Source of the DNA: Amoebophrya sp. A120
Lineage: Eukaryota; Protista; Dinoflagellata
Reading direction: 5' to 3'
DNA length: 64,000 nucleotides
Assembly (NCBI GenBank): GCA_905178155.1
Contig: CAJINV010000006.1
Coordinates: 2,892,658-2,956,657, forward strand
The translations under genes were made by a program, and so were the position numbers. Positions 50,601-63,700 of the stretch are shown piece by piece. How positions within the stretch are numbered: the first letter of the stretch is position 1; each line of letters opens with the position of its first letter. Under the pieces are notes generated by a model. The model saw only the letters and a list, made by a program, of their open reading frames with translations, was not told the origin of the DNA and made no database searches.

Positions 50601-53600
50601 TTGTGCAGTGTCATAGCTCATCTTTCTCTTCCAAGTGTCGCCGAAAGACAATCAGCCGACGCCGGACAAGGTGATCCACACCATGATGCTCATCCGCGTT
50701 CTGCGGCTCTGGAAGTACACCCAAGCCGCGCTCTCCGAGTCCCCCCGGTTTCGCCGCTTCGGGTTCGTCCTCGACCGCTTCTATATCAAATGCAAAAGTG
50801 TCTGGGTCTGGAAACTTGTGATGCTGAGTGGCGTAGCATGAGGAGGCCACAAGTGCTGGCTCAGCATGACAAGTTCCTGAGCTTCTAGGTGTTCTGCTTA
50901 TTCTGCATGACAAATTGCGTCTCCGCATGACAGAAAAATGCGGCTCTTGGGCAACGTGCATGACAGATTTAAGAGTCATGCCAGACAAGCATGACAAACA
51001 TGCATTCTTCCAGACCCAGACATTTTTACATTTGATATTCTACCAGCTGCGTCGGCCGCTCTTGTTCGGTTCCATTCTGTTCATATCAACTGCAAATATC
51101 CCTCGGATGTCTGGAAAACAAATGCGAGGTTTGTCATGCTAGGCTAGCAGGATTCTCAAGTCTGTCATGCGCGTTAGTACCCAAAAGCCCTTTTTTTCTG
51201 TGATGCAGAGTCGCAGTTTGTCATGCAGAATCAATAGGCAACAGCAACACTTAGAAGCTCAGAAGCTTGTCATGCTGTTGAGCCATCATTTGTGGTGCAC
51301 TCATGCTACGTCACTGAGCATTACGAGTTTCCAGACATCATCCAGGGATATTTGCATTTGATAGTTCGTCATGGCCTGCTACTTCATGTCCTTTCTGATC
51401 ACCTTATCCCACGAAAAAACTGTTTCACTGTGATGATTTTGCAAGATCTGCATCACAAGTTTGTTACACATGACACAGAAAATTTGCCATGCGCGCTTTC
51501 AAAGGGAAAACCCCGCTAAAGAGTCAAGGTCTTGCAGGTGTAGCAAGCCAAATAGTTCTGTGTTCCATTCTATGCATCACAAGTTCACAGTGAAACAGTT
51601 TTTCCTTGCGATATACCTCGCAAGTGAAACAGTCGGTGATGGATGGCGATTACTTTTATGCACTGCAAAAGCATCGTACTATAGTATGAATTGCATTACA
51701 AATTAGGTCAGCATGAAAAAATAAAATTTGTCATGCGAAATTACCTAAAAAACCAGATTTGTCGTGCTGGTCTGGCATGTATAGGAGTACGATACTTTCC
51801 CACAGGATAACTTTGCTTACATGGCGAAAATCAACCCCTCGTTTTCCATTCTGGACTACTTTTTATCGCAAGAAAAAAGTGTTACAGTTACACATTGTGT
51901 TGCAAGACCGGCAACACAGGCAACCTTTCTCATGCAGGAAATGCTTGGGAGCCTCGTTTCCTTCCTGTTTTCCCTTATAATTTTCGCATTACAAGTTTTC
52001 TGTGCCACACAGAGAAAATTTGTGATGCAGAAACTCCAACAAATGTGTAACTGTAACACTTTTTTCTGGTCATACTTTTCCGCGACTTTTTACTCCTTTT
52101 TCACCATATATCCCACGAAAAAACTGTTTCACTGATGTGGTGATTTAGCAATATCTGCATCACAACACAAGTTTGTTACACACGACGAGACAGAAAACTT
52201 GCCATGCGCGCTTCCCAAGGGAAAAACACGGTTGAAACTCGAATGTTCTATGCAGGTGTAGCAAGACAAACACTTTGGCGTTTCGTTTTCTGCATCACAA
52301 GTTCACAGTGAAGCAGTTTTTTCTTGCGATACCATCGCGCAGATGACCTCATTCGACCGCTGGCTTACGGGCATCATCCGCCCGATGGGTGAAGTATGGA
52401 TTGCAAATATGTCTTGGTCTGGAAACTTGTGATGCAAATCTGTGAATCGTGGGCGCACTACAATATGCAGCTAAGCATGACAAGTTTTTGCACGTGCCAT
52501 GTGCTTCGTTTTCTGCATGGCAAAGTGCGTTGTTCCATGACAGGCAGGAGGTCCCGTTCCTGCTTACGCCTCACAGATCCAAGAGTTATGCCAGACAAGC
52601 ATGACAAGTCCTGCATTCTTCCATACCCAGACATTTTTGCAATGCATAGGAAGTTCAGTTCACATTGGCGATTCTGCTCATGCTTGTGGTTGTGATTATT
52701 CAGTTTGGCCTAGTGAACAACATCACCGGGCTGTTCGTCGCCTACGTCATCAAGTCGGGTGAAGTATGAACTGCAATAGTAGATCTGATACTCGTACTAA
52801 TTCTTGCAGTCATGCATTACAAATCTTTTCCTTCAGGTAAATCCGCATTACAAATTTTATTTCTCATGCTGAGAAAATTTGTAATGCATTTACACAAGTA
52901 AGTACTACTATCGGATACTTTTGCAATTCATAAGAAGAACAGCGCGATCAGAATCGCTTCGTCCGCGAGGCCAGTATCAAATGCAAAAATGTCTGGGTCT
53001 GGAAGAGTGCAAGTTTGCCATGCTTGTCTGGCACGACTCGCGAATCTGTGTTGCATAGGCACGAAAAAGGAGCGGCCCTCTTTTTACCTGTCATGCAAAA
53101 ATGCAGTTTGCCATGCGGAATACGGAAGACATAGCAGCCAAAAAATTTGTCATGCATAGCTGCGTATTGCAGTGCGTCTATCCTTCACCTTTAGCATTAC
53201 AAGTTTCCAGACCCAGACATGTTTGCAGTCCATAGCCAGGAGGCAGGCCCGATTGAAGCTGAAGGCGATGACGCGGATGCGCGAACTAATCGACGCAGTG
53301 TCCGTTCCGGCGGTGGTATCAAATGCAAATGTAATCGTCCCTGGAGGTCTGGAACTGGATGGGTGCAGCTTGTAATGCATCGTCCCCCAGATTTTTGTCC
53401 AAAAATTTTATAAAATCTGTTTTGCGGGGGGTAGCACAAGATCCTGTTCTAAAACACGGCTTTTTCTCAAAACGGCATATGTAGTTCTGGACGAAAGCCC
53501 GAACTAAAAAAGGTAACAAGCTGTCATGCTACATTACCCTGCATTCCAACATGACAAACTTAAACTTGTGCACTCCTCCACCCGGCGTCCAGGGATGTTT

Positions 53601-56600
53601 ATTGCAGTTGATAGGTCGAGGTGTGCCGCAAAGAGGGGAAGTACTTTAGCTTCCGCCCCGTGCTACCTGCGGACTTCAACCAGGACGCCCTCAAGCAGGA
53701 GGGCTATGAATTGCAAATATGTCTGGGTCTGGAAACTTGTGATGCTGGTTGGCGAATGATTAGGGTGCCGCAATTGCCGTTCCAGCATGACAAGTTTCTG
53801 AGGTGGTCGGTGTAGTCTATCCTGCATGACAAACTGCGTTTCCGCATGACAGAAAATTGACGCTCTTGGGTAACGTGCATGACAGACTTGAGAGTCATGC
53901 TAGTCGAGCATAACAAGTCTTGCATTCTTCCTGACCCAGACACTTTTGCAATCCATAAGGGCGGGGGGCAAACGATCGAGGACGTTACCCGCACGATTGT
54001 GAATCCCAATACGGTATCCAGTGTAAAAACGGGGCCCACGTCCCGTAGTCGAAATGGGAAATCGGCTAGACAAATCAACAAGCTTTGGCTGTTGTGCATG
54101 ACATCAAGTTTGGCCTCGTAGTGAAGTCGATCCTGTTTCTACTTAGCTAGTTTCGCAGCATCACACACAGAGCTACTAGCATATAATCACGCTGCTTCGA
54201 CGAGCATCACAAATTCAAAAACACGACTACAGAGAATGCTTTTCATGGGGCTCCGCATGAGAAGCATGCTTAATACCATGCAGATTTGCACGCCAAATAT
54301 GGGGTCGTGGGGACGTTTTTACATAGGATACACGGGCGAGGAGGAGACGGTCGTGGTGAAAAATTACGGGCAGCGCATGTTGCTGCAGAGAGAAGACTTG
54401 GAACATGTAATTCACTACGTTGAGCCCCCGGTTATCAAATGCAAATATCCCTGGATGTGGTCTGGAAACTTGTAATGCTGATTTGTGAATAGTGAATTCT
54501 CTGTAATTATGCACAGCCAAGCATGAGAAATATTTGCGCGGTTTCATCGTGTTCGTGTGTTTGCGCTGTCCGCATGACAATAGCTGCGTTTTGATGCTCA
54601 TGACAAGCAAGAGGGTCGTCTCTTCTTGGACACGCATCACAAACTCTCCAGTCATGCCAGATCGATATTTGCAATGCATACCGGTTATGAAATGCAAAAG
54701 CATCGCACTAGTATAATCGCATGACAAATTTGCTCAGTATTACAAATGAAATTTGTAATGCTGTTTTACCTTTAGGAAAGGGATTTGTCATGCACAAATG
54801 CGATTACTACGAGTACGATTCTTTTGCACAGCATACCGGTGCCCTCCAGTCAACTGCAAACGGTGACTATCCAAGAAAAAAAGATTGTACGTGTAACTTT
54901 ATTGCTGGAGGATCAGCATTACAAATAGAAATATTTCTGGCATGACAGCAAAAACCTGTCATGCGCAGATAGAACGTGAAAGCGCCCTTGAATGGACCCT
55001 AGAATGCATCCCTACTAGCATGACAGACGCAATCATCTTGCAAGCTGCCCATCACAAATTTACACTAACAGCGTTTTTATCTTGGATAGAGACGCGGGCC
55101 TCGTTTCTCAGCTTCCGCAACCGGGGCAAGGGGCATATGGGGCTCTCAACCGTTACATTCTCAACTGTTACATGAATTTGTCATGCAAAATTCCCATGCT
55201 TTGCCAGAGGATTAAGGTGCTTCGCATGACAAATTCTCGAAAGCAGGTCAAACAGCATCTAAATCTGTTGCAAATTTGTGATGCGAGACTCGCAAGCTTG
55301 CCCCTTTCCATATTGCTGCGCTGGCATCGCAAATTCGTGTAACAGTTGAGAATGTAACGTTTGAGAACGCCATAGGGCAGGAACAAATGCCCGAGCCGCC
55401 AGAGCCAAAGTATGAGGGTTCGTTGTTTTTGGTTTAAATTTGAGAAAAAAAGATAATATCGTGAAGCATCCAGCACCAGCATGCACATGCAATTGCAAAT
55501 TTCGTATCAAAAAAAATTCTGGAGAGGGCAGAGCCACAGAATAAATTCAATGTGGTGCATCATGATCATGATTGCTTTTGCTAAATAATAAAATAGACCA
55601 TCGAAATAGAACAAAAAAAAACCCGCCGCAGGATGAGCTGGAAAGAAGCCCAGAAAGCTATCAAAGTGAAAAAAGCCGCTATCCCATACTCAAAAGAAAA
55701 TTTGTGTTGCTGGACTTGTGTACATAAATGAGCTTTGTATTGCAGCAAGAGCTTGACTTGTGCTTGTCGGCATATTCTAAGCCCGTTTGGATAGTACGCA
55801 CCCGTCTAGCAGCTGAGCATGAGAAACAAGTCCGACAGAGGCGAAAACACAACATGACAGACTGGCTGTACAATGTGCCACATGGCTGCAGCCGTTGCCT
55901 TGTACGCAAGACAAAGCTGATTTTTTTATGGTCACAAATCAGCGTCACAAATTTCCTTTTCGACATGGGGACGAGGGGCGATTTTTCCTCACAATAAAGG
56001 CCATCGGTCTGCGAACCGACGAGGTGCTCGACTGCTACGACTGCCTCCTTATGGATTGCAAAAGTATTGTACTCGTATAAATGCATTACAAATTTACTCA
56101 GCATGAGAAATCAAATCTGTAATGCTGATTTACCTTAAGAAACAGATTTGCAATGCATGATTGCAATACGAGTGCGATGCTTTTGCATTGCATACTCCTG
56201 GAGGCGGACACGAACTGTCACGGGTATCAACTACAAATATCCCTGGATGTCTGGAAGAATGCACCTTGTGATGCTATTTTTGGATTCTAAAAAAATTTGT
56301 GTTGCATGACAAGCAATAGGAGTCCTGTCCAGTTCTTTTTGCCACGTGGAGAGGGTATTTCTCATGCAGGATAGCAGGTATCAAGAAGCACTCAGAAATA
56401 AATCTGTGATGCTAGGGCATACATCACAGCCGTCATGGGTCATGTCAGGTGTGCATGACAAACCTTCCAGGATCCCCAGACACATTTGCATCTGATAACG
56501 GGTTCGGCGTTACCACTGACGCCTTCATGGGTGCGCTGCTATCCTACGCGGGAGTTTTGTCTGCGCGAGATCTGTTTTCAATCGGGTGCACGATGCGCAA

Positions 56601-59185
56601 GGCGACGCCAAAGATCATTAACATCGAGGAGTCCTGCAACTTAGCCATCACGCATATGGAAGTGTCAGAATCGAAAGCGACAAAATCGAAAAATTTGTGA
56701 TGCACAAAATCGATGGCAGTTGGAGCCTCAGTCTCCAAGTGGCGCATGACAAATTTCGGGAGTACCCGAATCCAGTCTGTCATGCTGTTTGCCCAAGTAA
56801 GATTCCTCCTGTAGTGCTACTCTGGCAGCACATTGTATACCCCTAAACAGGCTCACAATCGGCCTCATTTGCCTGCTCCCCAATACAGGCCTTCAGTGCC
56901 CTACCTTTTATGCATCGCAAAATTTTCGATTTTGCCGATTTCGATCCTGACACATCCATAACGCAGTGCGAATTTATCGCGATCGCGACCGAAAGAATTC
57001 ATGCGCTGCTGTTCGAGCTCTACCAGGCAAAGGGAGCGCCGCCACCGGGGACCATGAAGCGCGTCACGAGCCACTATCAAAAGGAAAAATCCCCCCTCCC
57101 CATATCGAAGCGGTATGATTCCGAAAATTTGTGTTGCTGATTTGAGACCACAAATCACGTCTGTCTTGCAAGAAGACAAGTGCAGAGGCTTCCGCGCCAA
57201 TATGAAAGCGATTTGGCATGCTGTTGGGCATAGGGGGTAGCCGTTTGTAATGCTAAACAACTAGACCCAAACGCTCCTGCCTAGGCTGAGGATCTGGCTG
57301 CGATGCCTTACTGCAAGACAGCGCGCATTCGTGCACGGAAATCCAGCATCAGAAACTTTGTCTCGATGTGGGGAGGGGGGATTTTTCCTTGCGATAGCCA
57401 CAACAAGACGCGGCCGAACTACCCACGCCCCTACCCGTATGGACCTGTCAGGATTGAAATTGACAAAGTTCAAAAATTTGTGATGCATAAAACCGATACC
57501 ATTCGGAAGCCCAATTTCCAAGCGGCGCATGACAAATATCGACGTCAGCGAAATCCAGGTTGTCATGCTGCTTAGCGAAAGAAGGCATCCTTTGCCATAC
57601 TACTTTACCAGCTCTATCACAATTATCCCGAAACAGGCTCACGATCGGCCTCACTTGCAATCCCTGCAAGACAGTTACTTCGTGCCTTGCATTTTATGCA
57701 TCACAGATTATTTCAACTTGTCGATTTCAATCCTGACACACCCATAACCCGCCAGTCTTGGAGCCACCAAGGGGGGTTTTGTCAGTCGGTAATATTTCCA
57801 TATTGTTGTGCAGAAGTACCGAACATTCAATTTCAATCATCTTCTGCGAAAGTTGGTCTGTCATGCGGACTCAGTGCAATGGACTACATGAACTTATGTG
57901 ATTCATCATGAAACGCACTCAACACTCTCAGGCGTGCGTGTCAAAGATGCCGAAGAAGCAGCGAACCGTATTACACTGAAAAGTGCCCCCAGGAGGAGCC
58001 CTGAATTTGCAAAAGTTTCTGATGCAAAGTTTCATCCATAGTGGAAACTTTTTGTCTTGCACGAGAGGGCAGCTATCATTCTTTCTGATGCAGCAGTAGA
58101 TGCGGAACCTTCTAGGCGCCGCGTATGAAAGCATCTTTTGAATAGCAGGGCCGGCCCTTGCTGGGCCCTTTATTCGCAACACATATTTTTGCTGATCAGC
58201 ATTGCAAATCTGTCTTGCTGGTACACGCAATATGGGAAATGTTTTCATTGAAAAGTTTTGCAACACAAATGCTGCCTGGAGGGGGCAGTTTTCAATGTGA
58301 TAGACCGAAGAAAACGGCAAATGGAGGAGGAAGAGGAAGCCATGAAACTTATCAAATGGGAAAATCCCCCCTCCCCATATCGAAAACGAAATTTGTGATG
58401 CTGTATTTGACGTACGCAAGTCGACTTGTATTGCTAGAAGGCCAACAAGAAGATCCGCAGTTGTGGCCTCGTTTGGTGCAGACAAGTTGCCATGCTGTTT
58501 TCCATTTCCAGCTGCCTCCTGTTATGCTGAAGATGCAAGGCTTTCCCACTCCACCCAGCACTACAGTTGTCCGCATCTCTTCGCCCCTTCTAGCATGACA
58601 AAGCTGATTTGTGGCCACAAATCTGCAGCACAGATTTATTCCGTTTTGATATGGGGAGCGGGGATTTTTCCTCACAATAAAACTCGGAAAAACCACCTGG
58701 CATTTTGGCATGCCGGTCGGCCACAGTCGCGACCACTTATCACAAGAAAAAACTGTTTCACTGTGAACTTGTGATGCATAGAATGGAGCACAGAACGATT
58801 TGTCTTGCTACACCTGCAAGACATTGGATTTTTAGGCGTGTTTTCCCTTGGGAAGAATTTTCTGTATCATGTGTAGCAAACTTGTGATGCAGTTCTTGCA
58901 AAACCATCACAGTGAAACAGTTTTTTTGTGGGATACCATTACTACCCTATGCATTGCAAAAGTCTCGCACTCGTTTTGATGGCGGTCATGCATTACTTAG
59001 CATGACAGATGCAGATCTACTATCTTCTTTGTACGTTGACCAGCATTACAAACTCCCTTTTCCATGTTGGTCAACATCAAACTTGTGATGCGATTTCTAC
59101 TAGTACGATCCTTTTGCAGTGGATATACCCGGATCGTTTTCGCCGCGGTTCCGACGAATCCAGCGAAGACTCAAGCGACTTTTAG
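38605..59185 (+). CDS. Single-domain 6TM voltage-gated-like cation channel (ion-transport domain) with degenerate EF-hand tail; about 60 introns
   Basis: Hand splicing gives S1 VILISVILFCNLLYIGVDVD (~43.7-44.1 kb), S2 DFFFYLFFLAELIFRL (~50.0 kb), S4 MMLIRVLRLWK (~50.7 kb), pore FFTIAQMTSFDRWLTGIIRP (~52.1-52.4 kb), S6 LVVVIIQFGLVNNITGLFV (~52.7 kb), and stop TAG 59183-59185. The junction at ~42060-42470 is unresolved (TGA at ~42078), so the 5' part could be a separate gene. Confidence 0.75.
39331..39609. mobile_element. Introner family E, representative (~280-370 bp)
   Basis: TIR TATCCTGAGTAAAAACGT(C/A)CCCAC; repeat AGGAA/AGGAA. Others at 15850, 16679, 18847, 41483 and 54015. Confidence 0.95.
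46770..46992. mobile_element. Introner family L, representative (~210-225 bp)
   Basis: TIR TATGCAAGAAAAAAAC.(G)TGTAAGTGTA; repeat GACAC/GACAC. Others at 1-209, 43287, 48075, 54868 and 63928 (truncated by the window end). Confidence 0.93.
49641..49949. mobile_element. Introner family G, representative (~305-320 bp)
   Basis: TIR TATGG(A/G)AG(T/C)GTCAGG(A/T)TTGAAATCG; repeat CGCAT/CGCAT. Others at 18482, 25451, 46077, 48362, 56655 and 57438. Confidence 0.95.
50380..50615. mobile_element. Introner family K, representative (~230-280 bp)
   Basis: TIR consensus TATGA(G/C)AGTGCACAACTCCCCC; repeat GCTCA/GCTCA. Others at 278, 9792, 26812, 40813, 43042 and 46439. Confidence 0.9.
55136..55374. mobile_element. 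Introner family J, representative (~235-320 bp)
   Basis: TIR TATGG.G.TCTCAA.CGTTACATTCTCAACTGTTAC; repeat GGGCA/GGGCA. Others at 30604, 31734, 32072, 40528 and 50075. Confidence 0.93.
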
Positions 59186-60725
59186 ACTAGTATTGCAAGA
59201 AAATAAAACTGTTTCACTGTAAACTTGTAATGCAGAAACTGTATCTGAGAAGTGTTTGTCTTGCGTACACATGCAAGACAATGGATTTTTAGTCGTCGTT
59301 TCCCTTAGGAATCTCGCATGGTAAATTTTCTCTGTGATGTAGGACAATAAACTTGTGATGTAAAACTTGCAAAATCCTTACAGTGAAACACTTTTTTCGT
59401 ACGATAACTAGTTTCGGTCGTTTGTTGTATTGCGGAATAAAAAATCGCAGGACGTTATCAGCTATCCTGTGCAAAAGTATCGTACTCGTAGTAGTTGCAG
59501 TCATGCATTACAAATCTCGTTCTCAAGGCAAATCAGCATGACAAACTGGATTTGTCATGCTGAGGAAATTTGTATTGCAATTCATACTAGTACGATGCTT
59601 TTGCATTTCATATTAGCCTCGCGAACAAAGGCAATCACATTCACGTTCACAGGACACAACTTATTGTCCGCAAAAAGAATCTAACTAACTACATTAGCCC
59701 ACAGGGTGAGCAGCGGCCAGTACTAGCTGTACTAGCTTTTCCACATGTTGGCGATCTTCCAGATTCACTGTTTATTTCGCAATTGTTTGAATTAAATACG
59801 TTTCACAGCAAAAAAACTTGTGTATGATTTGAAGATTAGTCGCAGAAGTCGTGAGTATCATGAATAAAGCGATATTATGGTTTGAGAAACAAGTAATCTT
59901 ATCAGCAAAAATGTTGTTGTACTTTACTGTCGATGATGAAAAATGTACTACATTGAATGCAGAATGAAAGACCTGCACTATCCCCGATAGTACTGCTTAA
60001 TATCATTTGTTTAACCGTTTCCAAGAATTATGTCGCGGTAGTTATTTGTACAGATGAAACAGATAGTACTAGTAGTTTGCACCGCTGTTGCATCAGAAGC
60101 GTCCACCTACAGGCGCAGGTGCCTCAATCTATGTATGGGTTGAAGAAGCACAACTTCCACCACGCAAATGTATCATTGTAGAGATGAACCAGACGAAACA
60201 AGTTTGTGTTTGAGGACTGAAAAGAAATGAAACTGTAAAAATTAAGATTGAAAATATCAAACAAGACGCAGGACGGGTTTCTTTCTTGGTACCGCCGACG
60301 TAGTTGTACTACCCGTTTTGTCTAGAAGAGGCTTAATATCGTCCACCTCCTTTGTACTTGCAGCCCTCCACCTTGGCGTCGTGTTTTATTTGAGTGATAC
60401 ATCAACCGGAACAAGAGGCTCCCGCTATGCCGTGCGGGTGCCGTGAAGATGTTCTTGTTAGTAAAAATATCGGAGACATCAAAGTGGCCGCAAAAGTGGA
60501 TGCCTGAAGATAGATGGACAAAACAAAAACAGAGGAGATAGAAGTACAACTGTTCGAATTTATTTATGACGCCTTTACTATCTAAGGTAAGTGTCAGCAC
60601 TGTTCGGACGTGTAGAAGTAGGACCTGCATTTTATTTCCTTGAGGACTTCTTATGTCGTTATCGTTTTGCTACGCAAAATAAGTTGCTTCCAGAAATAAA
60701 TGTCAAACTGAAAAGAAACAAAAAG

Positions 60726-63700
60726 ATGACGATCATGCCCCGCAACGGCACTGGCAACCCCGCGAAGCATGCGGGGCACCACCAGCTGCAAAGCCTGGAT
60801 TTTTTTGCGGCTGGAGGAGCTCCTGGAGGAGCTGCCCTCGGCGGAGATCTGTTTTCCGGAGCAGCGAAGAAGACGCAACATGGGGCTTCTTCTTTTTCTA
60901 ATGCCTATAATGCGATCCCGAGCTGCGACACTACTAGTACCACCGACCTTCTCGCCAAACTGCACCAAATGAACCGAAAAATCAACGACTTGGGGCTGTG
61001 CAACAGCATATGCAATGCAAAACTATCGTACTAAGTACAAGTAGCAATCGCATGGCAAATAGATTCAGTATAAAATAAGACGTAAATTTGTGATGCTATT
61101 CTGCCTGAGCCTGTACGACAAAGATTCGTGATGCATAAGTGTACTTAAAAATCAGTACGAGTGCGATGCTTTTGCGTAGGATACAGCACCATTGACATCG
61201 ACAAACTGACTTACCTCTTCGAAAAGCACATCGACGACATCGACGAGCGGGGGGCCGTGAATGAAATGAGTCAGGATCTGTTGCAGGTGATTAATGATTT
61301 ACTGATCCATATCGCAGAACGAAAAAACTGTTCCACTATGGTGATTTTGCAAAATCTGCATCACAAGTTTGTTACGCATGACACTGAAAATCTGTCATGC
61401 GGGGTTCCTAATGTAGGGAAAACACAGCGAGAAATCCATTGTCTTGCGCCATGTGATATAGCAAGACAAATCATTCTGTCGTGCTCCATTCTATGCATCA
61501 CAAGTTCACAGTGAAGCAGTTTTCTCTTGCGATAATCCAGTTTATCTCCTATCAAGCTGCCTACGACCGACTCTCGGGCTATCAAAATGAAAAATCCCCC
61601 CTTCCCATATCGAACAGGAAATTCGTGATGTTGGATTTGCCTACACAAATCAGATTTGTCTTGCAGTAGAGGACTGCAGGCGGATGCAAAGCCTGCAGCG
61701 GGGCGCTTAGAGGTGGGCGCTTGGCATGGCAGGCGTCTGCCCTGTAGGCCTTGCAGCATTACAAACCGGCTGGATAATGCGGCGGGCTCGCTGCCTTTGC
61801 CCTCTTGCAAGACAGACAGGATGTGTGGCCGCAAATCTGCGTCACAAATTTTCAGAAGGGCGCGCTTTCAATATGGGGATGAGGGATTTTTCCTCACAAT
61901 ACGGGCAACGCGACAACCATCGAGAATAAATTGCTCAACGCGGAAAACTATGGCAATGGGAAAATCGCACTTATGCAGCAATCATTGCAAGACAAATCTC
62001 TTTTCCAAGCCAGATGAGCATGACAAACTCCATTTGTCATGTTGAGGAAATTTCTAATGCAGTGGCTACTAGTATACGAGTTCTAGGTCTAGTGCGATTA
62101 CTTTTTGCACTTCATACTTACAGCTTGGACGGCCGTTAGAAATCATCTTGGCGAATTTCTTGCGAATTTATAGGGGAAAGACCCGCAGCGCGGCCTGGGC
62201 ATTGGTGTCGGGCTTGGGATTCTGCGTTGCCAACGCATCTATGACGCCCCGCTCGTATTCCGCGTCTTTTTGGTGTCCCGACGAGGAGGGGCAAAACCAG
62301 CAAAATCTTTCCGCGCCGGGCGCCTTGGTCGGTGCCCGAGTTTTGGGCCCAGTGGCTGCACTAATGTGCCCCACCTAGGAGCACCATCGCGCCACACCGG
62401 GAACAGAGCTCGCGCGCGATGGACAGGGAGGGCATCAATTGCACCCCCTTCCCCCTGAGTTGTCCTCGAATGCCAAGAGTTTTGCTCTTGCGACAGGTGG
62501 GCACAAATCTGTGCATTTTGGAACACAAGGCCTCGGGACTTGGTCTACAGATTTTGCCTCTGCGAATTTAGAAAAGTGGCCCTCGCGAATTTCGCGCGAA
62601 TTTAGAAAAGTGGCCCTCGCGAATTTCGAAAGCCCGACCTGAAATTGCGTTTTTTTCTAAATTCGCGCGAAATTCGCGAGGGCCACTTTTCTAAATTCGC
62701 AGAGGCCGCTTTTGCAAATTCGCACGGGCCACCTTTGTAAATTCGCAAATCGAGAATACCGCCCTGATTGGGCATGCCTTTAAACGCTTAGCCCGATGGT
62801 GCTCTGGTGTTCCAACTTTAGCAAAATTCAAAAATTACATCTGAAGCCGCATGGTATGACGAGAAAGCGGCTGTGATTGTGCGTGACGGCGTTAAAAGTT
62901 TCGCATCTGGCGCAAAAAGCTGCTGCTCATAATTGACGCCGTGGCAGTTTCTAAGCCGGCGCCTGTCGCATCGAAAGCGAAGAGGCCCCCTCGATGGTGA
63001 GGCACGGGAAACGCAGCAAATTTCCTTGCGTCCCTCGGAAGGGCATGGGACCGCGAACAGGGTGGCCACGTGATTGGCCACCAGACGTTGGCGCTTGGGT
63101 TTGCGCTGAAATTCGCTTGAAATTCGCGCCTGCTCTTTCTAATGGGTGCCCAAGCTCTAACTTCATACGAGCTTGGCGCAGCAGAAGAGTAAGAAGCTGA
63201 AGGAAGCGGAATTGAGAATCGAGAAGGAGAGACGCGAACACACGGCGGAGAAGGAGCAGCTGGTGAAAAAAGTCCGGATTCTGAACACGACAAAAATTCC
63301 GGAAATGACCAAGAAGATCCGGTATGAACTGCAAAAGCATCGTACTAGTACAAATTGCATTACAAATTTTCTCAGCATGACAAATGCAATTTGTAATGCT
63401 GTTTTACCTTAGGAAGAAGATTTGTCATGCATATTTGCAATTAGTACGAGTACGATACTTTTGCACAGGATATCCGGCTACTGGAGAAGAAAAACGCGGT
63501 CTACGTGAAAGAACTATCGCCAGAAAAAACTGTTTCACTGTAAACTTGTAATGCAGAGAATGCATCTCACAAGTGTTTGTCTTGCTACACATGCAAGACA
63601 GTGGATTCTTAGCTGTGTTTTCCCTTAGGAACCTTGCATGGCAAATTTTCTCTGTCATGTAGAGCAAACCTGTGATGCAAAACCTGCAAAATCCTTACAG

